Below, one piece after another: positions 33,015 through 43,214 of a stretch of 64,000 bases of DNA. Position numbers and translations under genes: made by a program. Numbering within the stretch: position 1 is the stretch's first letter; each line of letters opens with the position of its first letter. The notes under the pieces were generated by a model that saw nothing but the letters and a program-made list of their open reading frames with translations, ran no database searches and was not told the origin of the DNA. The stretch is from Escherichia phage vB_EcoM_VR7. The stretch lies in sequence record NC_014792.1, one strand, 5' to 3'.

Positions 33015-33067
33015 CCGTAGAACCATTATACAATGCTATAAATAAAAGCATATCATCGGTTCTACGG
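33015..33067 (+). promoter_or_regulatory. Long hairpin (10-bp stem CCGTAGAACC/GGTTCTACGG, 33-nt loop) containing a TATAAATA motif
   Basis: Perfect inverted repeat 33015-33024 / 33058-33067; loop has tataaata at 33037-33044; lies just downstream of the HNH gene. Confidence 0.55.
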
Positions 33068-33125
33068 ACTCCTCAGAGCTTCCCCAGCGACCTAAATACA
33101 TTTATTGATGAATCATATTACCTAG

Positions 33126-33133
33126 TATAAATA
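33126..33133 (+). promoter_or_regulatory. T4 late promoter TATAAATA (gene 19)
   Basis: Exact TATAAATA upstream of the gp19 ATG at 33186. Confidence 0.65.
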
Positions 33134-33185
33134 CATGCATCAGGGACGCGTTCGCGCGACCTGTGTCTATAAAGAGGATTCCTTA

Positions 33186-33677
33186 ATGGAGTTGACCGAT
33201 ATCACACGCGCTTTCGAATCCGGTGACTTTGCTCGCCCTAACCTGTTCGAAGTCGAAATCCCATTCCTGGGTAAAAACTTTGCTTTCCATTGTAAAGCAG
33301 CCCCGATGCCAGCAGGCATTGTAGAAAAAGTACCAGTTGGTTACATGAACCGTAAAATCAACGTCGCGGGAGACCGTACATTTGATGACTGGACTATTAC
33401 GATTTATAACGACGATGCTCATAAAGTTCGTCAAGCAATTGTTGATTGGCAAAATATGTGTCACGGTATGACCAACGAAATTACCGGTGCAGCTCCTGCT
33501 GATTATAAGAAAACCGCTACTGTCCGCCAGTTCCATCGTGATGGCAAGACCATTACTAAAGAAGTTGTTATCACCGGTATGTGGCCAACTAACGTTGGGG
33601 AAGTCCAGATGGATTGGGATTCGAATAATGAGATTGAGACATTCGAAACTACGTTTGCAATTGACTGGTGGGAATAA
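33186..33677 (+). CDS. 19: gp19 tail tube protein
   Basis: ORF track 33135.. trimmed to the ATG at 33186 (AAAGAGGA RBS); MELTDITRAFESGDFARPNLFEVE matches the T4 gp19 N-terminus. Confidence 0.9.
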   Translation: MELTDITRAFESGDFARPNLFEVEIPFLGKNFAFHCKAAPMPAGIVEKVPVGYMNRKINVAGDRTFDDWTITIYNDDAHKVRQAIVDWQNMCHGMTNEITGAAPADYKKTATVRQFHRDGKTITKEVVITGMWPTNVGEVQMDWDSNNEIETFETTFAIDWWE

Positions 33678-33678
33678 G

Positions 33679-33686
33679 TATAAATA
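33679..33686 (+). promoter_or_regulatory. T4 late promoter TATAAATA (gene 20)
   Basis: Exact motif between 19 and 20. Confidence 0.65.
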
Positions 33687-33734
33687 AAGTTATTATGAGG
33701 CTTCGGCCTCATTTCCCAAACTTCGGAGACTCTA

Positions 33735-35309
33735 ATGGCAGGTTTTAATACAATACTAAATTTTCTTAAGCCTTGGGCTAAAGAAGATGAACAAGAATAT
33801 AAGCAACAAGAAAAAAATAATTTAGAGTCAATGACCGGGCCGAAGTTTGATGATGGGGCTCGCGAAATTGAGTCACAAGAACAAAACGTCCCGTATAATG
33901 CATTGATGCAACAGATGTTCGGGAGCAACGAACCTGAAGTAAAAAACACCAGGGAATTAATTGACACATACCGCAACCTACTAAATAATTATGAAGTTGA
34001 TAACGCGGTGCAAGAAATTGTGTCTGATGCTATCGTTTTTGAAGATGGTAAAGATGTCGTAGCTCTTAACCTTGATGCTACTGAATTTAGTCAGAAAATT
34101 AAAGACCGAATTCTCGAAGAATTCTCGGAAGTTAATAACCTCCTTAATTTCGAGCGTAAAGGTTCTGACCACTTTAAACGTTGGTATGTGGATTCTCGAA
34201 TTTTCTTCCACAAAATTATCAACCCTTCAAAACTTAAAGAAGGCGTTCAAGAACTTCGTCGCCTTGACCCAAGACAAATCCAGTTCATCCGTGAAATCGT
34301 TACACGCATGGAAAATGGTACGAAAATTGTTGACGGTTACAGAGAATATTTTGTATACGATACAGGTCATGAAAGTTATTGTGCCGATGGTCGTATATAT
34401 GAAGCGGGTACTAAAATAAAAATTCCTCGTGCGGCAATTGTATATGCACATTCCGGATTACTTGATTGTTGTGGTAAGAATATCATCGGATACCTGCAAC
34501 GAGCAATCAAACCTGCAAACCAATTAAAACTATTAGAAGATGCTTTAGTCATTTATCGTATAACTCGTGCGCCAGACCGCCGAGTCTTTTATATCGATAC
34601 TGGGAATATGCCGTCTCGCAAAGCAGCAGCACATATGCAACATATTATGAACACGATGAAAAACCGTGTCGTATATGATGCAACTACGGGTAAAATCAAA
34701 AACCAACAGCATAATATGTCAATGACAGAAGACTATTGGTTGCAACGTCGCGACGGTAAAGCAGTCACCGAAGTTGATACTCTCCCAGGTGCACAAGGCA
34801 TGTCGGATATGGATGATGTTCGCTGGTTTAAGAACAACCTATATCAGGCTCTCAGAATTCCATTATCTCGTATCCCTAATGACCAGAACAGTGGCGTTAT
34901 GTTTGATGCGGGGGCGACAATTACTCGCGATGAATTGAATTTCTCTAAATGGATTAGACAACTACAGAATAAATTTGAAGAAGTTTTCCTCGACCCGCTT
35001 AAAACCAACCTTATCCTGAAAAAAGTTATTTCAGAAGAGGAATGGGACAAGGAACTAAATAATATTAAAGTTACGTTCAACCGTGATAGCTATTTCACCG
35101 AAATGAAAGATGCAGAAATCATGGAACGCAGAATCAATATGCTAACGATGGCTGAACCGTTTATCGGTAAATATATTTCGCATCAAACTGCAATGAAGGA
35201 TTTCCTCCAGATGTCTGATGAAGAAATTAATCAAGAAGCTAAGCAAATTGAATTGGAGTCCAAAGAGGCTCGTTTCCAAAACCCTGAAGAAGAAGAAGAG
35301 GATTTCTAA
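33735..35309 (+). CDS. 20: gp20 portal vertex protein
   Basis: 524 aa; synteny. Confidence 0.92.
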   Translation: MAGFNTILNFLKPWAKEDEQEYKQQEKNNLESMTGPKFDDGAREIESQEQNVPYNALMQQMFGSNEPEVKNTRELIDTYRNLLNNYEVDNAVQEIVSDAIVFEDGKDVVALNLDATEFSQKIKDRILEEFSEVNNLLNFERKGSDHFKRWYVDSRIFFHKIINPSKLKEGVQELRRLDPRQIQFIREIVTRMENGTKIVDGYREYFVYDTGHESYCADGRIYEAGTKIKIPRAAIVYAHSGLLDCCGKNIIGYLQRAIKPANQLKLLEDALVIYRITRAPDRRVFYIDTGNMPSRKAAAHMQHIMNTMKNRVVYDATTGKIKNQQHNMSMTEDYWLQRRDGKAVTEVDTLPGAQGMSDMDDVRWFKNNLYQALRIPLSRIPNDQNSGVMFDAGATITRDELNFSKWIRQLQNKFEEVFLDPLKTNLILKKVISEEEWDKELNNIKVTFNRDSYFTEMKDAEIMERRINMLTMAEPFIGKYISHQTAMKDFLQMSDEEINQEAKQIELESKEARFQNPEEEEEDF

Positions 35310-35566
35310 TGGATGATTTATTTGAAGCCATTAAATCAAACGACCTCGTAGCCGTTCGCAAATATTTTGCTGAAAACATTGGCCCAGTATGCGGTAGTTT
35401 GATTCAAGAACGTAAGATTGAAATTGCACGTTCCATCATGATTGAAGGCGAAGAGCCTAAAGAAGATGATGAAGACAAGGACGACGACAAAGCAGAAAAG
35501 AAAGACAAAAAAGAATCTGACGACGCTGACGAAGGTGACGACGATGAAGATGAGGACGATGAATAA
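35309..35566 (+). CDS. 67: gp67 prohead core protein (acidic C-terminus)
   Basis: 85 aa with poly-D/E tail; position after portal. Confidence 0.75.
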   Translation: MDDLFEAIKSNDLVAVRKYFAENIGPVCGSLIQERKIEIARSIMIEGEEPKEDDEDKDDDKAEKKDKKESDDADEGDDDEDEDDE

Positions 35567-35994
35567 TGTTTATTATCCCTGATGATTACGAATTAACTCT
35601 TGAAAACATCGAAAGTGTTTCCGAAGAAGCTCAGGGACAATTTGATTCATTATCCGAAGCCTTAGAAAAAGACGATATAAATATTATTGTAGAAAACATG
35701 TTTGCAGCCGGTGAATATGAAAAAGCAACGGTTATCGGCGCACTGAATGAAGGTGTTCAGCTTAACGAATTTATCGTTAAACATGTATCGTCTCGCGGTG
35801 AGTTAACCCGCACAAAAGACCGAGCTACTCGTAAGCGTAATGCTTTCCAAACAACTGGTCTTTCTAAAGCTAAACGTCGTCAAATTGCCCGACTGGCTAC
35901 TAAAACGAAAAGAGCAAACCCATCTACGCAAATCAGAGCAGAGCGCAAGCGCAAAAAAGCTCGAGCTAAGCGTAAAGCATTCGGACTTGATTAA
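35566..35994 (+). CDS. 68: gp68 prohead core protein
   Basis: 142 aa; synteny. Confidence 0.75.
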   Translation: MFIIPDDYELTLENIESVSEEAQGQFDSLSEALEKDDINIIVENMFAAGEYEKATVIGALNEGVQLNEFIVKHVSSRGELTRTKDRATRKRNAFQTTGLSKAKRRQIARLATKTKRANPSTQIRAERKRKKARAKRKAFGLD

Positions 35995-36632
35995 TGGAAC
36001 AGAAACCAGAGTTACTAATCGAACACTGGGGTCAACCGGGCGAAATTAAAGATGGTGTACCGATGTTGGAATCTCATGATGGTTCCAGCAGCGGTTTAAA
36101 GCCAGGACTTTATATTGAAGGTATTTTCCTACAAGCTGAAGTTGTTAACCGTAATAAACGACTTTATCCTAAACGTATTTTGGAAAAAGCCGTTGCGGAC
36201 TATATCGCCGAACAGGTTGAAACCAAGCAGTCTCTTGGAGAATTAAACCATCCACCTCGTGCAAACGTTGACCCTATGCAGGCAGCAATTATTATCGAGG
36301 AAATGTGGTGGAAAGGGAATGATGTATATGGCCGTGCGCGTATTATCGAAGGCGACCATGGTCCAGGTGATAAACTTGCTGCGAATATAAGAGCGGGTTG
36401 GATTCCTGGTGTATCTAGTCGTGGGCTCGGTTCCCTGACTAAATCAGCAAAAGGTTATAACATCGTCAATGAAGGTTTTAAATTGACGGTTGGAGTAGAT
36501 GCAGTATGGGGGCCAAGTGCTCCGGACGCTTGGGTCAAACCAAAGCAGATTACAGAATCACAAACGGCGGAAGCCGATACAAGTGCCGACGACGCCTTTA
36601 TGGCTCTCGCAGAGGCTTTAAAGACGTTATAA
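35994..36632 (+). CDS. 21: gp21 prohead core protease
   Basis: 212 aa; GLKPGLYIEGIF...AEVVNRNKRLYPKRILEKAV matches remembered T4 gp21. Confidence 0.92.
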   Translation: MEQKPELLIEHWGQPGEIKDGVPMLESHDGSSSGLKPGLYIEGIFLQAEVVNRNKRLYPKRILEKAVADYIAEQVETKQSLGELNHPPRANVDPMQAAIIIEEMWWKGNDVYGRARIIEGDHGPGDKLAANIRAGWIPGVSSRGLGSLTKSAKGYNIVNEGFKLTVGVDAVWGPSAPDAWVKPKQITESQTAEADTSADDAFMALAEALKTL

Positions 36633-36635
36633 ATA
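36628..36635 (+). promoter_or_regulatory. T4 late promoter TATAAATA (gene 22)
   Basis: Exact motif overlapping the gp21 stop. Confidence 0.6.
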
Positions 36636-36664
36636 AATGTATATCTTAACAACAGGACTACAAA

Positions 36665-37483
36665 ATGCTTAAAGAACAACTCATTTCTGAAGCTCAAAAC
36701 ATCGATGCTTCCGTTGCTCTCGATAGTATTTTCGAATCAGTTAATTTGTCCCCGGAAGCGAAAGCTACCTTCGGCACTGTATTCGAAGCTACCGTCAAGC
36801 AACACGCCATCAAACTGGCAGAATCTCACATTCACGCCATCGCTGAAAAAGCTGAAGAAGAAGTCGAAAAGAATAAAGAAGAATCCGACGAAAAAGCAGA
36901 GAAAAAACTGAAAGAATCTGCAGCTAAATTCCTGGACCACGTTGCTAAAGAATGGCTTGCTGAAAACAAACTGGCTGTCGACCGTGGCATTAAAGCTGAC
37001 CTGTTCGAATCCATGTTTACCGGCATGAAAGAACTGTTCGTTGAGCACAACGTTGTTGTTCCAGAAGAATCTGTTGATGTTGTTGCAGAAATGCAGGAAG
37101 AACTGGCTGAACAGAAAGAAGAAACCGCTAGTCTATTCGAAGAAGTTTCTAAGCGTGATGCTTATATCAATTATGTCCAACGTGAAGTTGCGTTGACTGA
37201 AGCGACCAAAGACCTGACCGAATCTCAGAAAGAAAAAGTTGGTTCTCTGGTAGAAGGTATGGATTATTCCGATGCGTTCGGTACCAAAATTGGCGCTATC
37301 GTTGAAATGGTTAAAGGTCAGGTAGACACCACCGAAAAACCTATCACCGAAGCAGCTATAAATAATTCTGTAGACGATGCTGCGGCACTGAATTACATTT
37401 CAGAAGCAGTTGAAGAAAAAGGCGCCAAGCCTACCCTGTCCTTCGCGGACTTGTCTGCTCTCGCAGCATCACGAATTTCTTAA
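36665..37483 (+). CDS. 22: gp22 prohead scaffold core protein
   Basis: 272 aa, E/K-rich; synteny. Confidence 0.85.
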   Translation: MLKEQLISEAQNIDASVALDSIFESVNLSPEAKATFGTVFEATVKQHAIKLAESHIHAIAEKAEEEVEKNKEESDEKAEKKLKESAAKFLDHVAKEWLAENKLAVDRGIKADLFESMFTGMKELFVEHNVVVPEESVDVVAEMQEELAEQKEETASLFEEVSKRDAYINYVQREVALTEATKDLTESQKEKVGSLVEGMDYSDAFGTKIGAIVEMVKGQVDTTEKPITEAAINNSVDDAAALNYISEAVEEKGAKPTLSFADLSALAASRIS

Positions 37484-37504
37484 TTTAATAAGGTTATACA
37501 ACAC

Positions 37505-39064
37505 ATGAAAAAGAATGCATTAGTTCAAAAATGGTCCGCTCTGCTGGAAAACGAAGCTCTTCCTGAAATCGTTGGTGCTTCTAAACAAGCTATCATCGCT
37601 AAAATCTTTGAAAACCAGGAACAAGATATCCTGACCGCTCCAGAATACCGTGACGAAAAAATCTCCGAAGCATTTGGTTCTTTCCTGACCGAAGCTGAAA
37701 TCGGTGGTGACCATGGTTATGATGCTACCAATATCGCCGCTGGCCAGACCTCTGGTGCAGTAACTCAGATTGGGCCGGCAGTTATGGGTATGGTTCGTCG
37801 TGCTATCCCGCATCTGATTGCGTTTGATATTTGTGGCGTACAGCCTCTGAACAACCCGACTGGCCAGGTATTTGCCCTGCGTGCAGTTTACGGTAAAGAC
37901 CCTGTAGCTGCTGGTGCTAAAGAAGCTTTCCACCCGATGTATGCTCCGAACGCTATGTTCTCCGGTCAGGGTGCTGCTGAAGCTTTCGAACCTCTGGCTG
38001 CAAGCAAAGTTCTTACCGTTGGTAAAATTTATTCTCACTTCTTCGAAGCAACCGGTTCCGCACACTACCAGGCCGTTGAAGCTGTAACCGTTGATGCCGC
38101 CGCTACTGATGCTGCTAAACTTGACGCTGAAGTTACCAAACTGCTCGAAGCTGGTAAACTGGCAGAAATCGCTGAAGGTATGGCTACCTCTATCGCCGAA
38201 CTGCAGGAAGGTTTCAACGGTTCTCAGGATAACCCGTGGAACGAAATGGGCTTCCGCATCGATAAACAAGTTATCGAAGCTAAATCCCGTCAGCTGAAAG
38301 CAAGCTACTCTATCGAACTGGCACAGGACCTGCGCGCTGTTCACGGTATGGACGCTGATGCCGAATTGAGTGGTATTCTGGCTACTGAAATTATGCTGGA
38401 AATCAACCGCGAAGTTATCGATTGGATTAACTACTCCGCACAGGTTGGTAAATCTGGTATGACCAACACCGTTGGCGCTAAAGCTGGTGTGTTCGACTTC
38501 CAGGACCCGATTGATATCCGTGGTGCTCGTTGGGCTGGTGAAAGCTTCAAAGCTTTACTGTTCCAGATTGATAAAGAAGCCGCTGAAATCGCTCGTCAGA
38601 CCGGTCGTGGTGCAGGTAACTTCATCATCGCTTCCCGTAACGTAGTTAACGTACTGGCTGCAGTTGATACCTCTGTATCTTATGCTGCTCAGGGTCTGGG
38701 TAAAGGTTTCAACGTTGACACCACTAAAGCCGTGTTCGCTGGTGTTCTGGGTGGCAAATACCGTGTCTACATCGACCAGTATGCTCGCGCAGATTACTTC
38801 ACCATCGGTTACAAAGGCGCTAACGAAATGGATGCTGGTATCTACTACGCACCATATGTTGCACTGACCCCGCTGCGTGGCTCTGACCCGAAAAACTTCC
38901 AGCCAGTTATGGGCTTCAAAACCCGTTACGGTATCGGTATTAACCCGTTCGCTGACCCGGCAGCTCAGGCTCCGACCAAGCGTATTCAAAACGGCATGCC
39001 GGACATCGTTAACAGCCTCGGCTTGAACGGTTACTTCCGTCGCGTATATGTTAAAGGAATTTAA
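37505..39064 (+). CDS. 23: gp23 major capsid protein
   Basis: 519 aa; synteny. Confidence 0.95.
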   Translation: MKKNALVQKWSALLENEALPEIVGASKQAIIAKIFENQEQDILTAPEYRDEKISEAFGSFLTEAEIGGDHGYDATNIAAGQTSGAVTQIGPAVMGMVRRAIPHLIAFDICGVQPLNNPTGQVFALRAVYGKDPVAAGAKEAFHPMYAPNAMFSGQGAAEAFEPLAASKVLTVGKIYSHFFEATGSAHYQAVEAVTVDAAATDAAKLDAEVTKLLEAGKLAEIAEGMATSIAELQEGFNGSQDNPWNEMGFRIDKQVIEAKSRQLKASYSIELAQDLRAVHGMDADAELSGILATEIMLEINREVIDWINYSAQVGKSGMTNTVGAKAGVFDFQDPIDIRGARWAGESFKALLFQIDKEAAEIARQTGRGAGNFIIASRNVVNVLAAVDTSVSYAAQGLGKGFNVDTTKAVFAGVLGGKYRVYIDQYARADYFTIGYKGANEMDAGIYYAPYVALTPLRGSDPKNFQPVMGFKTRYGIGINPFADPAAQAPTKRIQNGMPDIVNSLGLNGYFRRVYVKGI

Positions 39065-39087
39065 TCTTAGATTAAGTTAAATAAAAA

Positions 39088-39110
39088 GGGACCCTTGAGG
39101 TCCCTTTCTT
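39088..39110. terminator. Bidirectional rho-independent terminator between gene 23 and a convergent small ORF
   Basis: GGGACC-cttga-GGTCCC with T-runs on both strands. Confidence 0.7.
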
Positions 39111-39114
39111 GTTT

Positions 39115-39396
39115 TCATACCATACCATTTAAATGAACTTCTACCCGGCGCTTGATGAGGTCTCTGAAATTAACACTGTTCTCTTGAAGTTTCAACCAGT
39201 TACCTGATTTGTCTTTGGTGTGTGTAGAATAATTACCATTCCACCAAAAATCAGTATCATATGCTAAGTTTTCATATTTTTTAACTAGTTTGTTCAGAGC
39301 ATTACCATTAACACCATTTGGGTATTTGTTGACCAATGCAACAACTTCAATTTCCAGATTTTTAAAGGTATTCCGAAGGAAAGATACTTTGTTCAT
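39115..39396 (-). CDS. Hypothetical small protein (93 aa) on the opposite strand between genes 23 and 24
   Basis: ORF track 39115..39408; start placed at the second ATG (39396) with GGAG RBS; own early-type promoter cassette upstream. Confidence 0.45.
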   Translation of the reverse strand: MNKVSFLRNTFKNLEIEVVALVNKYPNGVNGNALNKLVKKYENLAYDTDFWWNGNYSTHTKDKSGNWLKLQENSVNFRDLIKRRVEVHLNGMV

Positions 39397-39432
39397 TTTA
39401 GACTCCATTGTTTGGTAACTCAGTATGAAATC

Positions 39433-39462
39433 ATTATGTCTTATCTTAATCGGGTTGTAAAC
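39433..39462 (-). promoter_or_regulatory. T4 early-type promoter (-35 GTTTAC, -10 CATAAT)
   Basis: Minus strand GTTTAC-N18-CATAAT; cassette ggtaactcagtatgaaatcattatg. Confidence 0.5.
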
Positions 39463-39468
39463 AACTTT

Positions 39469-39476
39469 TATAAATA
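39469..39476 (+). promoter_or_regulatory. T4 late promoter TATAAATA (gene 24)
   Basis: Exact motif 26 nt upstream of the gp24 ATG. Confidence 0.65.
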
Positions 39477-39501
39477 AAGTATATCACAAAAGGAAAGCGC
39501 A

Positions 39502-40782
39502 ATGGCAAAGATTAACGAACTGCTGCGCGAGTCAACTACTACATCCAGCAACTCATTAGGCCGCCCGAATCTTGTTGCTTTGACCCGCGCTACAACTAAA
39601 TTGATTTACCGCGATATCATCGCTGAACAACGTACTAACCAGCCTGTTGCTGCGCTGTACGGTGTTAAATATATTACTCCTGATAATGAATTCAGTTTCC
39701 AGACTGGTGCTACTTATGGTGGTGAAGTCGGTTCTAAAGACCGTACAACTATTCCAGAATTAGCCACAGCTACTCAGCCTGTTGCTAAAGGCGAATATGT
39801 AAAATATCAAAATATCGTTTACAAAGCTCTGGTGGATAATCCATTTGCAACGACTACAGAAACAGTATTATCTGATGTTCTACAGGAAGGTCTTATTGCA
39901 TCGACTATTCGTTTAGTTCCTGATGCAGCGCATACCGAGAAATTTGAAGCCGGTGATGTTGAAATTAGCAACGCCGTGTTCCAGGTTAATAAATGGAATG
40001 CTCCTGTTAAATCCCGTAAATTGAAAACTGCACTGACTGTTGAACTTGCTCAGGATATGGAAGCAAACGGTTTTAATGCTCCTGCTTTCCTGGAAGACCT
40101 GCTTGCAACTACCATGGCAGACGAAATTAACAAAGATGTTCTGCAGTCTCTGATTACCGTTTCCAAGCGTTATAAAGTCGCTGGCATTTCTGATAAAGGT
40201 TTCATCGATTTGACATATGATTCAGCTCCAGAAGGCGCACGTAAACTGTACGAACTGGTTTGCGAAATGAACTCTGAAATTCAGAAAACTACATCTTACT
40301 CTGGTACATTCGTTGTTGCCTCAAGTCGTGTGGCCGCGATGCTCGCCGGTTCCGGCTGGTTGAAACATAAACCTGAAGATGAACAATGGCTCCCGGAAAC
40401 CGCGTACGGCTATTTGATTAATGGTCTTCCTGTATTCTGTGATGTTAACAGTCCATTGGATTATGTAACCGTTGGCGTTAAAGAAAATTACGGTGGAAAC
40501 GAAGTCGTAGGCTCAATCTTCTATGCTCCTTATACCGAAGGCCTGGACTTAGATGATGAAGAACACGTAGGTGCGTTTAAGGTCATTGTGGACCCAGACA
40601 GCTTGCAGCCATCTATCTCCCTGATGGTTCGTTATGCACTTTCAGCCAACCCTTATACCGTTGCTAAAGACGACAAAGAAGCTCGTATTATCGATGCAAC
40701 TAATATGGATTTAATGGCCGGCCAGAGCAACATGTCTTATCTGCTCGGTGTTAAACTTCCACCAATCATTTATGAGGCGTAA
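39502..40782 (+). CDS. 24: gp24 capsid vertex protein
   Basis: 426 aa; MAKINELLRESTTT...GRPNLVALTRATTKLIY matches remembered T4 gp24. Confidence 0.95.
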   Translation: MAKINELLRESTTTSSNSLGRPNLVALTRATTKLIYRDIIAEQRTNQPVAALYGVKYITPDNEFSFQTGATYGGEVGSKDRTTIPELATATQPVAKGEYVKYQNIVYKALVDNPFATTTETVLSDVLQEGLIASTIRLVPDAAHTEKFEAGDVEISNAVFQVNKWNAPVKSRKLKTALTVELAQDMEANGFNAPAFLEDLLATTMADEINKDVLQSLITVSKRYKVAGISDKGFIDLTYDSAPEGARKLYELVCEMNSEIQKTTSYSGTFVVASSRVAAMLAGSGWLKHKPEDEQWLPETAYGYLINGLPVFCDVNSPLDYVTVGVKENYGGNEVVGSIFYAPYTEGLDLDDEEHVGAFKVIVDPDSLQPSISLMVRYALSANPYTVAKDDKEARIIDATNMDLMAGQSNMSYLLGVKLPPIIYEA

Positions 40783-42066
40783 ATGCAAAAGATTAACGCA
40801 CTAATTCACGAATCAACATTAACGGCGGCCAACCAGGTCGCCCGTCCTAATTTGCTTTCTTATACTCGGGCTACGAATAAACGAATTTTTAAAGCTCTTG
40901 TGGCCGAACAGAAAACTACTCAGCCAGTCGCAGCGCTGTATGGCGTTCGTGTTCTGAACCCAGATGATAAAATGACTTATCTTGGTGGAGCAACATTTGC
41001 AGGCCAGATTGGTATGTTCGAGCGTAAGAATATTCCAGAATTTACGAACAAAGACGAAGCTTATGCAGTCGGCGACATGTTCCAGTTTGAAAGCATTGTA
41101 TTCAAAGCTTTGGAAGCTTCTCCTTTTGCCGGGACCCTCGAAACTGATTTGGGTGAAGTTATTTCTGAAGCCATTGCGGCTGGCCATATAAGAATGATGT
41201 CAGATGCGGCTTTCACTGATAAATTTGAACAAGGACATCCTGAAATTGCTGAAGCCGGTTTCCGTATCGATAAATGGCAGACTGAAGTTAAATCTAGAAA
41301 ACTGAAAACCTCTTTAACTGTTGAGCTTGCGCAGGACCTGGAAGCAAATGGTTTCGATGCAACAGACTTCATTGATAATATCCTCGGTATTCAAATGGCA
41401 GAGGAAATTAATAAGGACGTACTGCAATCTTTAATTACCGTAAGTTCACGTTTTAAAGTCCAGGGTGTTTCCGAAAAAGGTGTACTTAATCTTACTGATG
41501 CCGCTTATGATAATGCTCAGGACCGTGCTCGAACTCTGTATTATTATATGTGCGAAATGAATTCCGCAGTTCAACGTCAGACTTCGTTCGCTGGTACATA
41601 TGCAGTCGCTTCTTCCCGTTGTGCAGCTATTTTAGCCGCTTCTGGCTGGGTTGAGAAAAAGGAAGACCAAGATGAATTGGCCTATGGTGTTCTGAAGAAC
41701 GGTTTGCCACTTTATGCAGATATGAATAGCCCGTGCGATTATGTTATTGTTGGTGTAAATGCTGATATGGGTGAAGGTCAGACGGTCGCATCTTTGTATT
41801 ATGCGCCTTATACGGAAGGTCTTAGTGAAGTTGATGATGAAGGTGACACCTCGGTTGGGGAATTCAAGGTTATTGTTGACCCTGAAAGTTTACAGCCTAC
41901 AGTTGCACTGTTAGCTCGTTATGCACTGACTGCGAACCCTTATACCGTTGCTAAAGACGATAAAGAAGCTCGCATTATTGATGGAGCTGATATGGATAAG
42001 ATGGCTAACCAAAGCCAATTGAGTTCTTATCTTGGTGTTAAACTTCCACCACTGGAAAAAGAATAA
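40783..42066 (+). CDS. gp24 paralog (second capsid vertex-like protein, tandem duplicate)
   Basis: 427 aa; collinear with the preceding gp24 but divergent (MQKINALIHESTLT..., shared QSLITVS and YALSANPYTVAKDDKEARIIDG blocks). Confidence 0.85.
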   Translation: MQKINALIHESTLTAANQVARPNLLSYTRATNKRIFKALVAEQKTTQPVAALYGVRVLNPDDKMTYLGGATFAGQIGMFERKNIPEFTNKDEAYAVGDMFQFESIVFKALEASPFAGTLETDLGEVISEAIAAGHIRMMSDAAFTDKFEQGHPEIAEAGFRIDKWQTEVKSRKLKTSLTVELAQDLEANGFDATDFIDNILGIQMAEEINKDVLQSLITVSSRFKVQGVSEKGVLNLTDAAYDNAQDRARTLYYYMCEMNSAVQRQTSFAGTYAVASSRCAAILAASGWVEKKEDQDELAYGVLKNGLPLYADMNSPCDYVIVGVNADMGEGQTVASLYYAPYTEGLSEVDDEGDTSVGEFKVIVDPESLQPTVALLARYALTANPYTVAKDDKEARIIDGADMDKMANQSQLSSYLGVKLPPLEKE

Positions 42067-42086
42067 GGGCCTTGCGGCCCTTTTTC
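42066..42086 (+). terminator. Rho-independent terminator after the gp24 paralog
   Basis: AGGGCC-ttgc-GGCCCT followed by TTTTCTT. Confidence 0.65.
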
Positions 42087-43091
42087 TTATGATACTAATT
42101 CAACCCATACTGGTCGCAATACTTCTTTGACCATTTCAATTAATTCTTTCTTAACTTCTGATGGGTTATCGGTTTGTTCTAGTGTAATTCCTTCACGAGC
42201 CGATTCTTCCAGAATATCCTGGACAGTCAAACCCATTACCTTACCAAAATCTTTAGTAGTTACTTTACCAATCTTACTGATAACGTTATTAACGCGATTT
42301 AATGTAACATAACAAGCCAGAATACTAAGCAAATTATTGTCGATTTCAGACAGTTCTACTTTAGCTTTAATAGGTTTATCAGACTTTTTCTTTTCACTGA
42401 ACTTAGAGTTCTTACATTTAATCGCTACGCGATTACCGTTTGGGGCCCATTTAGGATAACATGGCTTTAGAACATAACCTTCGGCGGTAAATGTCTCGCC
42501 TTTAGCTTCAGCTTTCCAAACATGGCTGTTGGCTTCAGTCAATCCGACATTATCAACCATGAAATTATAATCAGGAACAACTGAATCTAAGTCATTTGGC
42601 AATTGAATAAGGTCTTCAAATTTACCACGCCCTAATAACGGGGCAATTTTAAAACCGAATGATTTACAGAATGAATGCATCATGTAATCATCGACATAAG
42701 TCTCATCACCACTTTCGGTCGTAACGATAATATCGAACACATAAAAGTCTTTTGTGCCATAATCAACGCCTTTCTGGATTCCGCCGCCCGCAAACTCACC
42801 AAATACCTGATAAGATACGGCAGCCGCAGTTTCCATGATTTCTTGTACAGCTTTAATAGAATCAGCGTAATTCTTCAATACAATTTCATAACCATAAAAG
42901 TCTTCAGCTGGAAGAATGGGCCCGGTGCGCTTAGCGCACGTTACTGCATCACGTTCTATGATTAAACTAAAGTTGGTTCCATGAATCTTCTCACGTGCTA
43001 CCCATTCACCATCGGTCATACCATGGGTACGGAGTTTTTCAATGAACTTATTGTTGTAGTGGTTTTCAAGACTCGAATATTTCTTAAACAT
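42087..43091 (-). CDS. rnlB: RNA ligase 2
   Basis: 334 aa; [20 protein letters not shown] and nucleotidyltransferase motif I KIHGTN match remembered T4 Rnl2. Confidence 0.95.
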   Translation of the reverse strand: MFKKYSSLENHYNNKFIEKLRTHGMTDGEWVAREKIHGTNFSLIIERDAVTCAKRTGPILPAEDFYGYEIVLKNYADSIKAVQEIMETAAAVSYQVFGEFAGGGIQKGVDYGTKDFYVFDIIVTTESGDETYVDDYMMHSFCKSFGFKIAPLLGRGKFEDLIQLPNDLDSVVPDYNFMVDNVGLTEANSHVWKAEAKGETFTAEGYVLKPCYPKWAPNGNRVAIKCKNSKFSEKKKSDKPIKAKVELSEIDNNLLSILACYVTLNRVNNVISKIGKVTTKDFGKVMGLTVQDILEESAREGITLEQTDNPSEVKKELIEMVKEVLRPVWVELVS

Positions 43092-43182
43092 AATTAATTA
43101 ACCTTATAAATATCATTATAAATTATACCCTCTATACTTTCTTTCTCTGAAAGGAATTAATCGTATCGGAAGGTCTAGAACC

Positions 43183-43209
43183 ATTATACCACAATTTTAT
43201 TTGAAGCAA
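43183..43209 (-). promoter_or_regulatory. T4 middle-type promoter (MotA box TTGCTTCA + 13 nt + TATAAT) for rnlB
   Basis: Minus strand TTGCTTCA-N13-TATAAT; -10 lies in the ggtctagaaccattata element. Confidence 0.5.
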
Positions 43210-43214
43210 AAAGG

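Noticed and set aside
37520-38344. 274-aa minus-strand ORF inside gene 23, and similar antisense ORFs inside other structural genes (19915-20496, 25653-26165, 38555-38989, 40819-41187, 54253-54657, 55255-55617).
   Set aside because: They lie entirely antisense within long, well-supported T4-homologous genes and lack RBS or promoter context; they are low-complexity shadow frames.
43105-43112. Plus-strand TATAAATA just upstream of rnlB as a functional late promoter.
   Set aside because: It points antisense into minus-strand genes with no plus-strand gene for ~700 bp; likely a chance match in AT-rich promoter DNA.
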